A stretch of 64,000 nt of DNA from an uncultured Francisella sp. (GCA_965240355.1 OZ251217.1:650264-714263); one strand, 5' to 3'; positions 51,148 through 62,353 are shown, numbered from the stretch's first letter. A program made the numbers and translations. The notes: a model not told the origin generated them from the letters alone.

Positions 51148-51283
51148 CTTTTACTTGAAGTCAGGTAATTCGTTAGATAATATTATACAATTACAAAAAT
51201 TGTTTACTAGTATTTTTATAATTCCCAGTGGATACTAGTAAAACTATGTAAAACCAACCACACTGGAAATGGAAATCAAAACA

Positions 51284-52960
51284 ATGTCAGAAAACTTTAA
51301 AGAACTATTTGAACAGTCTCTAAAACAGACTGAAATGAGAATAGGTAAAATCATAGCTGCTACAGTTGTTAGTATAGATAAAGAATTTGCAATGATCGAT
51401 GCTGGTTTAAAAGCAGAATCTTTCATTCCTGTATCTGCACTAAAAAACAGTGAAGGCGAGCTAGAAGTAGCAGCTGGTGACAAAATCAATGTTGTATTAG
51501 AAACTCTAGACAACAGCTGGGGCGAAACTAGACTATCAAGAGATAAAGCTAAAAAAATTGAACTTTGGGATAAAATCGAAGGTGCTTTTAAAAATGGCGA
51601 AACGATTCTTGGTAGAATTACAAATCATGTTCGTGGTGGTTACACTATGGATGTTGAAGGCCTAAGAGCATTCTTACCAGGTTCTCTAGTAGATACTAGA
51701 CCTGTAAAAGATGTAGCTCACTTAGAAGGTAAAGATATCGAAATTAAAGTAGTTAAGATAGATACTAAAAGAAACAACATCGTTGTATCAAGAAAAGCTG
51801 TTATCGAAGAGAATAACTCTGGCGATAGAGATGCTATCTTAGAGAAAATCGCTGAAGGTTCGGTACTGAATGGTATCGTTAAAAATATCACAGATTTCGG
51901 TGCGTTTATCGATCTTGGTGGTGTTGATGGCCTACTACATATTACAGATATCTCTTGGAGCAGAATCAGCCATCCTACTGAGGTATTGTCTATCGGTAAA
52001 GAAATTGATGTTAAAGTAATCAAGTTCGACAAAGAGAAGCAACGAATATCTCTAGGTATCAAGCAACTTGGTGAAGATCCTTGGTTAAAAATTGCTAACG
52101 AACTTCCTGTAGGTGCTAAGCTTATGGGTACAGTTACAAACATTACTGACTACGGTTGTTTTGTTAAGCTGAAAGAAGGTATCGAAGGTCTTGTTCATAC
52201 ATCTGAAATGGATTGGACTAACAAGAATGTTAACCCTCATAAAGCTGTATCGATCGGTCAAGAAGTTGAAGTTATTGTACTTGAATTAGATGCTCAGAAG
52301 CACAGAATCTCTCTAGGTATTAAGCAATGTATTGCTAACCCTTGGGATGATTTTGAAAACAACTTCCAAGTTGGCGACAAAGTTCATGGTAAGATTAGAT
52401 CTATCACAGATTTCGGTGTGTTTATTGGATTAAGCGGCGGTATTGACGGTCTTGTGCATATCTCTGATGTATCTTGGGATAACCCTTCAAAAGCTATCAC
52501 AGAGCTGAAAAAGGGTGATGAAGTAGAAGCTGTATTAGTTTATGTAAACACTGACCTTGAAAGAATTGCTCTTAGCATGAAGCAATTATCTGACGACCCA
52601 TTCAAGAACTTTGTAACTACTCACCCTAAAGGTGCTTTAGTTAAAGGTAATGTTACTAAAGTACAAGAAAATGGTGCTGTAGTAATGCTTGATGAAGAAA
52701 ACGGTATTGATGGTTTCATCAGAATCGCAGAAGTTTCAACTGAGCATACTAAAGATGTTCGTGACGAGCTATCTGAAGGTCAAGAAGTTGAATCTAGAAT
52801 TATCAACATCGATATGAAAAAGAGAAGTATAGCTTTATCTATCAAAGCTGTTGATGAAGATATGTCTGCATCTGCTGGTGGTAAATCTAACTACAAAGTA
52901 GAGCAAATGACTCCTACAACTCTAGGTGATCTAATCAAAGAGCAATTAAGAAAGAAGTAA
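51284..52960 (+). CDS. rpsA: 30S ribosomal protein S1
   Basis: Six S1 repeats. The N-terminus MSENFKELFEQSLKQTEMRIGKII parallels the usual S1 start, so the start is placed at 51284, not the track's 51269. Confidence 0.96.
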   Translation: MSENFKELFEQSLKQTEMRIGKIIAATVVSIDKEFAMIDAGLKAESFIPVSALKNSEGELEVAAGDKINVVLETLDNSWGETRLSRDKAKKIELWDKIEGAFKNGETILGRITNHVRGGYTMDVEGLRAFLPGSLVDTRPVKDVAHLEGKDIEIKVVKIDTKRNNIVVSRKAVIEENNSGDRDAILEKIAEGSVLNGIVKNITDFGAFIDLGGVDGLLHITDISWSRISHPTEVLSIGKEIDVKVIKFDKEKQRISLGIKQLGEDPWLKIANELPVGAKLMGTVTNITDYGCFVKLKEGIEGLVHTSEMDWTNKNVNPHKAVSIGQEVEVIVLELDAQKHRISLGIKQCIANPWDDFENNFQVGDKVHGKIRSITDFGVFIGLSGGIDGLVHISDVSWDNPSKAITELKKGDEVEAVLVYVNTDLERIALSMKQLSDDPFKNFVTTHPKGALVKGNVTKVQENGAVVMLDEENGIDGFIRIAEVSTEHTKDVRDELSEGQEVESRIINIDMKKRSIALSIKAVDEDMSASAGGKSNYKVEQMTPTTLGDLIKEQLRKK

Positions 52961-53147
52961 TCTCTTAGCTTAAATTTCTAAATACAACACTAAAAAAAGT
53001 ATAGTACTCTGCCAATAGCGATTACCATTACACATACATATCAAAGAATCAGATTAGACATAAACTCCTTTGAGATAATTGTAGCAATTTATATTGGTAT
53101 TGATATAAAATTGCTCTCACTCTTAAAATCAGTTTTGTACTATAATA

Positions 53148-53693
53148 ATGATTACAACAACTATAAACTCAATTATAAAATCATTAACTAATAATGATAT
53201 TATCAGTATACCTACCGATACAGTATATGGACTTAGCTGCATTATAAACAAAACTGCCGTCAATAAATTAATTAACTTAAAGCAGAGAGATTCTAGCAAA
53301 GGATTTATTGTTATCTCTCACAAAATTGAGCACCTACTAAAGTATGCTGATACTTCTTTGATATCAAATAATCAGATACTAAAACTAAAAATCCCTAAAC
53401 AACAACCTACTACTTGGATAGTCCCTGCAGTAAAGGATATTCAATGGCTTACTGGTGGTAAACCAACTATTGCCATACGATTATCTCAAACAACCGAGAT
53501 ACAAGAAATTTGTTCATCACTAGATAGTGCAATCATATCAACTAGTGCAAATATTTCAGGCCAAACATTTATAAATAACGCTCTCGAAATAAACGAAATT
53601 TTTAATGATATAATGGTATTTGATAACAAACAAGAAACTAAAGTAACTCCTTCTAAAATAACTAACCTCTTAACAGGCGAGAAAATCAGATAA
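53148..53693 (+). CDS. tsaC: L-threonylcarbamoyladenylate synthase (YrdC/TsaC family, short form)
   Basis: YrdC-domain motifs ISIPTDTVYGLSC, …KQRDSSKGFIV…, …STSANISGQ. Confidence 0.8.
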   Translation: MITTTINSIIKSLTNNDIISIPTDTVYGLSCIINKTAVNKLINLKQRDSSKGFIVISHKIEHLLKYADTSLISNNQILKLKIPKQQPTTWIVPAVKDIQWLTGGKPTIAIRLSQTTEIQEICSSLDSAIISTSANISGQTFINNALEINEIFNDIMVFDNKQETKVTPSKITNLLTGEKIR

Positions 53694-53778
53694 AGCTCGC
53701 TCATAAACATTTGATAAATAGAGCAAAATATAATAACATTACATATGTAAAAGAATATTCATCATACAAAGGAATAAA

Positions 53779-54303
53779 ATGGAAAAAATTAGCCAAAAAG
53801 ACATTCAAGATAAACTTTGGAGCAATGAAGATGAAAGTACTTTGTCTAATGAGCAATATAATGCCCTTTTGATAGAACAGTACAGAATTTATATAGAACT
53901 AACAGATAGAACTGGCTACAGAAGAATAGTTATCAACCTTTTCTTCTTAGTTGTAAACCTGATGCTTGTAGGTATTGTCGCTCTAGCGATAAGCAACAAT
54001 ATGAATGTAGAAAATCCTCCGTCAGGTGTACTGGTTGCTATACCTTATTTTGCAGGACTAGTATTTTGTTATGCGTGGTGGAAAATCATTAGATTTTTTA
54101 GACATCACATTCAAATCAAAAACAGCATCGTACCATCTTTAGAAAGACGTCTACCTTCTCGCGTATGGCTTACTGAAGAGCATATTGCTGAAGCAAAAGG
54201 TTCGTTCAAACCTATTCGTATATTAGAGATTTATATGCCATTCGTATTTATGGGTATATATTCTGCATTATTCTTATTCGTAGAGATAGCTTGGTTAAAT
54301 TAA
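53779..54303 (+). CDS. ripA: Small inner-membrane protein, RipA-like (assignment from locus context)
   Basis: 174 aa with an N-terminal cytoplasmic helix (QYNALLIEQYRIYIELTDRTGYRR) and three TM segments. I recall the rpsA-yrdC-ripA gene order from Francisella tularensis. No alignment was possible here. Confidence 0.5.
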   Translation: MEKISQKDIQDKLWSNEDESTLSNEQYNALLIEQYRIYIELTDRTGYRRIVINLFFLVVNLMLVGIVALAISNNMNVENPPSGVLVAIPYFAGLVFCYAWWKIIRFFRHHIQIKNSIVPSLERRLPSRVWLTEEHIAEAKGSFKPIRILEIYMPFVFMGIYSALFLFVEIAWLN

Positions 54304-54351
54304 AAAACCAACACCTCTCAAACTCTTTTATTTTCTAACAATAAAAACCTA

Positions 54352-56884
54352 TTATTTTTCAAATCCTGTTAGTAACGGTATAAAAATAGTAATCACTATT
54401 GCACCAATTAATGCTAACCCAACAAAACTACTATATGCATGGATATAGATCCCTGTAATAGCTTGTTAATTATGAAGATCCTTAGGTATAAAAGCTTGAT
54501 TAGCTATTAAACCTGCTAATTTTCTCGATATACCAGTACTACACATACCATACACTAATTATATAGCGCATGATAACCTTGAAGAGCTAGTTTATTTGCT
54601 ATAGACAACCCTATTGGTCAAATAGATAAATTTGACAAGACAACAAAAAGATAGTTGAAAACAATTCATCCCAATGAAAGAGTGATTAATGGAAATTTTC
54701 AATTTAGCCCTAACAAAATTAAAGCGTAACATAGAGCAAGAATGTATAAGGAAAGAGCAAATTTAGTAGCATCGTGAATAGGTTTGTTTACCTTTTTTAG
54801 AAAAATACTGCAACACCTTTCCTGTCAAAGCACCAAAAAACATTACACCCAAAGACTCTGCAGCAAGCAAAATTGATCCTGGTATAATGCATACCAAGCC
54901 AAATTTGATCTGTAAGTCTTTCAGCAAGTAATGGACCTGCTATAATTATCTGGTAAAATATAGCTTCCCAAACAATATATGTCATTAAATATATTATTAG
55001 ACTTAACCCTTACGTTAAACTAGTTTTAGTAATATAGCACGCATTAAAAATAATTCCTACAGGGGACCCATATTGCAACAATAATAAAGAATATATCAGC
55101 TACAGGAACGTCAGTAAGCACATAAGTACAAATAACAATAGCTATAACTACAACAACTATAGCTTACAACACTTTTTTCATACTCAGTTTAATGTTTAGC
55201 TATTTTGTAACCACATAATACTTCATACTAAAATATAGGGTAAGAGCAGCCAACAACGCTCCTATAGAAGCTGCTATTAAAGAAAACTTCCAGCTAATTT
55301 CTGAAAGATAACAAGAGCTCATACATCCCATAAAAGCTCCAAGGTTAATAGCCACAAAAAAACAATGAAAAACCATAATCACGATACGGATCATCTTTTG
55401 TATATGAGTCACCTAACAGTGTTGCTGTGTTTGACTTAATCATACCTGTTGCAACTGCAATTATAGCTAGACTAATGTATGCAACTTCTGATCCTATAGA
55501 TATCCAAACCCAAGTAAGCCATAACCCACACAAAGCATAAACCCGCCTGCAATAGCCGTATTTCAGGTACCGAGTGATAGTGTCGACTAAATTGTGTCTG
55601 TAGCTATTCGACTTTATAATTCAGTTGAAAAAACAATAAAGGACTAACTATAAAAGATATTAAATTACAAATGCAAAAAAGTATAGAAGATACATTATAT
55701 TATGATAAAGAAGATGCGATTGATGGTATCCTCAAAATAGTATTTGAAAGTATATTACGCTGTTAGCAAAAAGAATTTCTATCAAATAATGAGAATCCAA
55801 AATAAATCTAACGATTACTACACTAGAGGAGCACAGGGTATAAATAAATATTTTGAGCTAGATATACCTAGAGATAGATTATCTTTATTTAAACCAGACT
55901 ATTAGAATGGGTGAAAGCTCGAGATGAACAAATGCAAGAGTTAGCATTAAACTATATACCAAGGGTTTAACTACTAGAGATATCAATACTATATTTTTTT
56001 GAAGTGTATGATAAAAACCTATCTCCATCAGCAGGCTCAGCTATAACTAAAGAGTTCGAGCAAGAATTATTTGCTTCGCAAAATAAGGTTTAGAATCACA
56101 ATACTACTTTATTTATATAGATGCCCTGTTTATGCCTATAAGACGCGGTAATGTAGAAGAAAAGATTCCTAATACAGAGTTTCAAAGATGTATTGTACAC
56201 AAAATAAGAAACTTATTGATTAAGGTTAGATCATCAGATACAAGTACTTTATCTGATGACTTTAAAAAGGTCTTTGAGCTTGAAAATCAAGAATAGCCAA
56301 AAGAGAAAGCAAAAGTCAGATTAGAGCTGTTTCTTGAAAAGTGAGGAGCTAAATATTGATGGATAAAAAGTAGATTTGATGCAAGTAACTTTGATTATTA
56401 CTTTACCTACTTGAATTTCCCATGGCAAATACATAGAATGATATACACAACAAATTGAATTGAGAGACTTAATAAGTCTATTAAAAGAACTACAAAGATT
56501 AGAAACTCATTTCCTAACTCTGATAGTGCTTTCAATTTAATTTGTGCTCATTTGATTGAAAAGGAAAGTAATAACTATAGAAAATATCCTGTAACTGCTT
56601 TTTCCGTAGTAAAGGATAAATTATAAGATAAAATATAAAAATTATAGACATACTTTTCTGCAAAATACCTACCGAGTATTTTTGTCTGCCATAAATCCCG
56701 CCACTAGAGATGTCATATATAGCAAAGCAATAAAAGCTCCTGAGACAATATCAGTTTCAATTTCATCAAGAGCCATAGACTTTTACTAGTAATAATGTAA
56801 GTAAACCTTGAGTAAAATACAGCCGTAGCGCTCCCATAGCTCTGTAAAGAAACATACAGGTAGAGTGCTTTGATGATTTTTCAT
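54352..56884 (-). pseudogene. Proton-dependent oligopeptide transporter (POT/PTR2, DtpT-like) pseudogene, split by an IS256-family element
   Basis: The N-terminus reads MKNHQSTLPVCFFTELWERYGCILLKVYL… (ATG at 56884-56882). Other pieces are …SLVAGFMADKILGT*NTAIAGGFMLCVGYGLLG…, ORF 55345-55533 (…ATGMIKSNTATLLGDSYTKDDPYRDYGFSLFF) and further TM fragments to the stop at 54352-54354. There are many frameshifts and stops. Confidence 0.8.
55576..56669 (+). mobile_element. IS256-family insertion sequence, internally deleted, with 8-bp target duplication
   Basis: Direct repeat TACCGAGT lies at 55568-55575 and 56670-56677. The left IR GATAGTGTCGACTAAATTGTGTC resembles IS256-type ends. Transposase remnants include …YTKGLTTRDI-like (IPRV*LLEISIL), …FQRCIVHKIRN… and …IYTTN*IERLNKSIKRTTKIRNSFPNSDSAFNLI…. 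Confidence 0.8.
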
Positions 56885-56961
56885 AATGATTTTTTTAAAA
56901 TGGTAGAGATTTCATTATATGAAATATATAGACAATTAGCAATTTTTATTATTAAGAATAT

Positions 56962-57858
56962 TTAAATTAAAGGCTCCTCTAATAGTTTTTGCTCAATATA
57001 CTTATCTTTATTTAACCATAAATCATTCAACCAATTTTGAAAAGCTTTCTTATCTTTCGTGCAATTAAAATAATCTCCCAAAGGAACATCTACCATAGGT
57101 ATTAAATCAACTTTCACTTTTATCTTTTTAGTTTTGCGAATCATAAAATCCCATAGTGTTTGATTGGGGGTATCATAAACGATAGTGGTATTTAAAACTC
57201 CTACCATCTTATCTGAAAGACTTTTTAGTATAACAGCAATACCACCAGCCTTGGGATTCAATAAATGCTTATAATCGCTATTTATAGCCTTTTCTTTAGA
57301 GAAGCGCGTACCTTCAACAAAATTCACTATCGTTGTTGGCCTATTTGAGAGATCTTGACAATACTTTTTAGTCATCTCTATATCTTTACCTTTTTTCTCA
57401 GGGTGCTTGGAAATGTAGTCTTTTGAATATCTTTTCATCGATGGAAACTCTAATGCCCAAGCTACCATCCCAATAAGAGGCACAAAAAACATCTGAAACT
57501 TCATGAAAAATTTTAGAAATGGTATTTTTTTATGAAATGCTAGCATAAGTATCAGCGTATCAAGCCAGCTTTTATGGTTACTAATTATCAAATATGTATG
57601 CTTTTTGCTAAGCTCTGCATTTTGCTTAAACTCTATCTCAGTAGGAATAAAGAGCTTTGTAATCATAATAGCAAAACTCACCCAGCAACTTGCTAATGCT
57701 TGCACTGCGGTCGTACAGTGATGCCTTACAATTTTGATTGGTACAATTATTTTCATCAATGAGAAAAAAACCACAGGCAAAATAACTATTGCAGAATTTA
57801 TCAATAAGGCAGTAATTGAAAATAATCCATAGTAGCCGTATTTCATTGCTTTAAACAT
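56962..57858 (-). CDS. Acyltransferase, lysophospholipid acyltransferase (PlsC/YihG-like) family
   Basis: HX4D motif NHKSWLDTL and FVEGTRFS motif. N-terminal TM segments. 298 aa. Confidence 0.7.
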   Translation of the reverse strand: MFKAMKYGYYGLFSITALLINSAIVILPVVFFSLMKIIVPIKIVRHHCTTAVQALASCWVSFAIMITKLFIPTEIEFKQNAELSKKHTYLIISNHKSWLDTLILMLAFHKKIPFLKFFMKFQMFFVPLIGMVAWALEFPSMKRYSKDYISKHPEKKGKDIEMTKKYCQDLSNRPTTIVNFVEGTRFSKEKAINSDYKHLLNPKAGGIAVILKSLSDKMVGVLNTTIVYDTPNQTLWDFMIRKTKKIKVKVDLIPMVDVPLGDYFNCTKDKKAFQNWLNDLWLNKDKYIEQKLLEEPLI

Positions 57859-57978
57859 TATGTAATTATCCTAGAAAATTTCTTACTCTTTAATATTAGC
57901 ATTTAATAGCAGATTTTTTAAGCACTTGCTTAATATAACTGATGTTACTCAATAAAAATCCTTTAATTGACTATATAT

Positions 57979-59438
57979 TTACAACTCATTATCACGGTTT
58001 ATATTTATGCTAATAGCACCATTATTGTAAGTATCTATAATTTTTACACCCAACCCATTTATAAGACTAAAGTAGGTATTATCAAAAAGCTCTGCCGAGC
58101 TATAAATAAAATCATTCAAATGAGTATCTTTTAAAAACTCCTGAGGTATCTCAACATTAGAAACTAAGATAGTTGGAGCGACCATTCGACCATAAATACT
58201 TTCAAATTCTGGAATTTGTTTTTTTTAAAAATATTACCAAGTAATAAAGCTTGTTCATCTGATTTATCTATAGAAATAAAACAACTCTTCTCTAATCCAA
58301 ACAGCCTAATTCTTGCATCAAGCAAAGCAAAAGCAACGGTACAATGATGAAACTTACAAGCGGTATAGCTACTCTATTTGCCACAACAGGTATTGCTGAA
58401 AACCCACCAAAGAAATAAGCTGGAATAGGTATCAAAAGTATACTAAGATATAACTGAGTACTAAGAGTAAGAGTTACAAACAATTTTGAACTTGACTGCA
58501 TTAGCAAGCCTACAAATACCAAAAACAAAACTGCTGAGAAACTCAACCAAAATCCTGCACTTGATATGGCGTTAAAATCAAACAGTAAAATTAAAACAAA
58601 TGCTATAGCTAATGAACAATGAACGAAGTATTGAAACTCTTTTGCTTAAAAACCAAAATACTCCCACAACTGATAACATTATAAAAGCTATTTGTGTAGG
58701 TAATCCACATCCTACAAGTAAGCTATTAAAATAAGAGCTATAACTATAGAAAAAACTACTGCTCTATTTTGAGCAGGCAACTTACGACACAATCTGGGTG
58801 ACAACGACCAAGCAAATCTAGCGAGTACAAAAGCTATCAAAGCAAGCAAGCCAATATACAACCCTGAGATAACCATCAAGTGAGAAGTCCCAGACTCCAT
58901 AAAGAGTGGCTTTTTTACTATCACTAAAGTATTTTTCACCAATGAGCAATGCTAATGCTAAAGGTTTAGCTTGATTATTTTCTAACTGTGCTTTTATATA
59001 ATTACTTAGATAATACCTTAACCTTTTTGGTAGATACCATGCCGAAATACCTTCAAACTTTATCTGAGAGCTTATAATGACATAGCCAATTACTGTTATA
59101 TTTTGATTTTCTAGGTAAGTATCATAATCAAAGGCATCAATATTTTCATATTCATGGGGTTTGTATATCTTAGCTTCGAGTTTCAATTTGTTTGCAGGAG
59201 TAAGGTAGCGAATATAGCTACTATCTGCTGTTAGAAGAATATCTCCATATTTAGAACTATGAAAGATAAATTTATAGCTTCAACGCTCATCAATTTCGAT
59301 TGAAATTATAACACCATTTAGAATAATATCTTGATTGAGTTTATGTTCTTCGATATCGCTGTAATTATTGCATCATGTGGTTATTATGGCAAACATAATT
59401 AAGAACAAATATCTGAAACTTTTCATCTTCTCTTTCAT
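57979..59438 (-). pseudogene. comEC: ComEC/Rec2 DNA-uptake channel pseudogene
   Basis: Fragments lie in all three frames: MKEKMKSFRYLFLIMFAIITT*…, 58818-59186 (…ALALLIGEKYFSDSKK…), 58712-58942 (…GTSHLMVISGLYIGLLA, the ComEC signature), 58292-58546 and 57979-58185. Confidence 0.7.
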
Positions 59439-59485
59439 ACTCAATCTGCTTAAGAACAGTCCCAATATAAATCTACACATTATAG

Positions 59486-59754
59486 CTAACTAGTCATATT
59501 ATAACACTTCAAACAATCAGGGACTTTATCGACATCTAAGAAAAGTTCTTTTTGTCGAGAAGTATGACCTTTGGTTATAGTTATTTGATTTTTTCTAAGA
59601 TGCAAATGCTTTGATAGAAAAGAAAATAATGCTTTATTAGCTTTTCTATCAAAGCAGGAGCCTTTATTTTGATTTTAAGCATATTGTTATGCTCACCTAC
59701 AACCTCATTTTTTGAAGCATTTGGTTAAATATAAACAGCTATTTTGAAACCCAT
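59486..59754 (-). pseudogene. yggU: YggU/DUF167-family protein pseudogene
   Basis: Reads MGFKIAVYI* (TAA) PNASKNEVVGEHNNMLKIKIKAPAL, a frameshift, then DRKANKALFSFLSKHLHLRKNQITITKGHTSRQKELFLDVDK…. It lies directly downstream of yggT, as in the yggS-yggT-yggU arrangement. Confidence 0.65.
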
Positions 59755-59767
59755 TTACTAACTAATA

Positions 59768-60331
59768 TTACGCAAATAACTGAGTAATAAGGCTTTGTAA
59801 GAAAATTTGAATACAGAATAAGCTAAGTAATACTATAATCGGTGAAAAATCAAATCCACCTCTTGGAGCTATTAGTCTTCTAGCTTTTGCTAATAAAGGC
59901 TCTGTAGTTTGATATATAATCATTAGCATAGGATTATAACCACCTTGAACAAACCAACTTGATATAGCCCTGATTATGATCAAATAAATAAACATATTTA
60001 TAACCGCAATGATGATATCCAAAAATGGTTCGATAAAGATAATCAGCGTATCTAAACCCATACCATTAAGTAGACTTAGCAGTAAGTTTTGTATTACAAA
60101 TACAAAATACACCGCTACTATACAAGCCCAATCAAAGCCAAAAATCCCCGGTAAAAGCTTTCTAAGCTGCATCACAACTATATCTGTAGCACGCATAACT
60201 AACTGACAAATAGGGTTATAAAAGTCAGCCTTTACTTTTTGTAGAAAAAATCTAAACAGCAAAATAAAAGCATATAGACCAAAGATTATGCTTATTAGAA
60301 ATTCTGCAACATTTATTAATCCGTTTAACAT
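59768..60331 (-). CDS. yggT: YggT-family membrane protein
   Basis: 187 aa with two YGGT repeats (…FGLYAFILLFRFFLQKVKADFYNPICQLVMRATD…, …IIIRAISSWF…YNPMLMIIYQTTEPLL). Confidence 0.8.
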   Translation of the reverse strand: MLNGLINVAEFLISIIFGLYAFILLFRFFLQKVKADFYNPICQLVMRATDIVVMQLRKLLPGIFGFDWACIVAVYFVFVIQNLLLSLLNGMGLDTLIIFIEPFLDIIIAVINMFIYLIIIRAISSWFVQGGYNPMLMIIYQTTEPLLAKARRLIAPRGGFDFSPIIVLLSLFCIQIFLQSLITQLFA

Positions 60332-60350
60332 TTTTTATCAGTACCTTTCA

Positions 60351-61265
60351 TTATCTTTTATTTACATAATCCAATGCAGAAGTAATAGCCACAACCTGAG
60401 CAACTATACACTCTTCTGGATTGGTTTTACGGCTATCTGGATAAACTTCTGTAGTTGTTGCATATTTTGCATTCGTTATTGACATACATAGTTTTTCTTT
60501 ATCAGAATTACATGACATATAGCCATCTACAATTGTATTATCGCCCAAGATTTTAGAATCAGGATCATTAGGAGCTATGTGTGTTACTTTTGCAACAGCA
60601 TCAATAATATATTCTTGAAAACCAGGCTCTATTTTATTTTCATTTGCAACAAGATAAAAACCATCTGGGACATTCCACTTATCTATAAAAATACCTTCTC
60701 TAGCAGCTAACGCAGGCCTAAACACACTATCATCAGTATCTGTAGTTTCATGCAAGTCTATATGAACAAGAATTTCAACATCTAATGAATAAATATACTT
60801 CATAGCCAGAGTTGCTTCATTGCAGTAGCTTTCTAAAAAGAATGATCTGTTTGGATCTATAGCATCAGTGTTCCAACGGTTAATAGTTTCATATCCCCAC
60901 GGGCTAAGACAAGGAAGAATAATAATATTGAAATGCTCACTATACTTTAGAGCTTTTGTCTCAGCAAATTTTATAGCCCCTTGTACACCACTTGTCTCGT
61001 AGCCATGCACCCCACCTGTAACAAGCACTGTTGGCTTATCATTATCCCAATTTTTTGTCTTGATTGAATATAGATTATACTTACCCACAGAGTAATCTAG
61101 CTCTCCATAAATCTCGATATCAAATTCATTTGTCAGCTTACCAAGCTTAACTACAACCTCTTCACTGTATAAACGTTTTTTAGATTGCTCACCTAACCAT
61201 TGATTTTTTTCTACATCGCCCCATTTTTGATTGAGAGCACCTGTATGATAATGATTATGGCTCAT
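60351..61265 (-). CDS. M14-family zinc carboxypeptidase-like protein
   Basis: Contains the HxxE zinc motif GGVHGYETSG and a downstream HIDLHETTD. 304 aa and cytoplasmic (no signal peptide). Confidence 0.6.
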   Translation of the reverse strand: MSHNHYHTGALNQKWGDVEKNQWLGEQSKKRLYSEEVVVKLGKLTNEFDIEIYGELDYSVGKYNLYSIKTKNWDNDKPTVLVTGGVHGYETSGVQGAIKFAETKALKYSEHFNIIILPCLSPWGYETINRWNTDAIDPNRSFFLESYCNEATLAMKYIYSLDVEILVHIDLHETTDTDDSVFRPALAAREGIFIDKWNVPDGFYLVANENKIEPGFQEYIIDAVAKVTHIAPNDPDSKILGDNTIVDGYMSCNSDKEKLCMSITNAKYATTTEVYPDSRKTNPEECIVAQVVAITSALDYVNKR

Positions 61266-61378
61266 GCTATTTTACCTGTAACATAAATATTTACTATGCA
61301 ATCATTTTAGCATAAATTTTATAGCATATAAAAAATCACTATAGATAAAATAATTTTAAAAGGGGAATATGTTTTCGA

Positions 61379-61453
61379 TGGCTGGGCTAGCAGGATTCGA
61401 ACCTGCGCATGACGGGATCAAAACCCGTTGCCTTACCGCTTGGCGATAGCCCA
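61379..61453 (-). tRNA. tRNA-Gln (anticodon TTG)
   Basis: Manual fold. The 5' end reads TGGGCTATCGCCAAGCGGTAAGGC, the anticodon region CGGGTTTTGATCCCG, the T-arm GGTTCGAATCC, and the 3' end …CCCAGCCA. Confidence 0.88.
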
Positions 61454-61475
61454 AAAAAAAAAGCCTAACTAAAAA

Positions 61476-62297
61476 TTAGTAGACATAGTTTAATGTCTTA
61501 ACCAGCCATTTGTCAATAGATTTATCAATTTTTGTCGCAACTTCTTCTAAGTAGCCCTTATCAACACTCAACAAATAAAAGCATGATCCTGTTCCTGTCA
61601 TTATAATATTCTTATCAATACTGTCTATATAAGCTTTAAATTCTGGGTGTAGCAAAAAGAAAACCTCTTCAAAATCATTACCCATCACAGAACGATCAAG
61701 TTCAGCATCTTTTGATAAAAGTTTTTTATGCTTTACTAGCTTTTTTGAGCTAAAAAACTCTTTTGTACTAATCTGGATATCAGGCTTTATCAAAAGAGCG
61801 TGGGTTTGCTTAAAATCCTTAGCATGCAATACTTCGCCTACACCTTCTGACCAAGCAGAACGACTGTACAGAAATATAGAAACATCAGCTCCTAGCTTAG
61901 TTGCAAGATGTATCATATCTATGTTTTTGATTTCTGGTCGATAATAATCTCTCATAGCTAACAGTGTTGTAGCAGCATTTGAGCTACCTCCACCTAATCC
62001 TGCACCCATAGGTATATTCTTATTTACATAAATATCTACACCAACACCAGACAAAGAATACTCTTCTTGAAAAAGCTTTATAGCCTTATACACAAGGTTA
62101 TCTTCTTTTGAAGATATAGTTATATTGCTAGATATAGAAATATTATATGAATCATTAAAAGAAAATGATAACTCATCTTTTAAATCCACAAATGTAAACC
62201 AGGTTTGGAGGTTATGATAACCATCATCTCGCTTATTCAAAATATGTAAGAAAAGATTTATCTTTGCGTAGCTGTTGTAAATATTTTGTTTTGGCAT
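61476..62297 (-). CDS. ispE: 4-diphosphocytidyl-2-C-methyl-D-erythritol kinase
   Basis: GHMP kinase motif [14 protein letters not shown] and N-terminus …[20 protein letters not shown]. Lies in the lolB-ispE context. Confidence 0.93.
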   Translation of the reverse strand: MPKQNIYNSYAKINLFLHILNKRDDGYHNLQTWFTFVDLKDELSFSFNDSYNISISSNITISSKEDNLVYKAIKLFQEEYSLSGVGVDIYVNKNIPMGAGLGGGSSNAATTLLAMRDYYRPEIKNIDMIHLATKLGADVSIFLYSRSAWSEGVGEVLHAKDFKQTHALLIKPDIQISTKEFFSSKKLVKHKKLLSKDAELDRSVMGNDFEEVFFLLHPEFKAYIDSIDKNIIMTGTGSCFYLLSVDKGYLEEVATKIDKSIDKWLVKTLNYVY

Positions 62298-62353
62298 TGC
62301 TTTTTCTCATTCGTACTGTAATAGTCTTTTATATATCTTTTGACTTTACTATC

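Noticed and set aside
51244-52143. Two minus-strand ORFs (51244-51513 and 51718-52143, the latter 141 aa) opposite rpsA.
   Set aside because: They are Ser/Leu/Ile-rich shadow frames of the repetitive S1 domains. rpsA on the plus strand is unambiguous.
59607-59656. 16-bp perfect inverted repeat (tgctttgatagaaaag / cttttctatcaaagca, 18-nt spacer) inside the yggU pseudogene, possibly a quasi-palindrome template-switch mutation that caused the frameshift.
   Set aside because: My rough estimate is that one 16-bp AT-rich inverted repeat within 50 nt is not far from chance expectation in 64 kb. Both arms also correspond to plausible ancestral codons (…DGKANKAL… and …FLSK…). It is not strong enough to report as a finding, but it could be revisited by aligning intact yggU orthologues.
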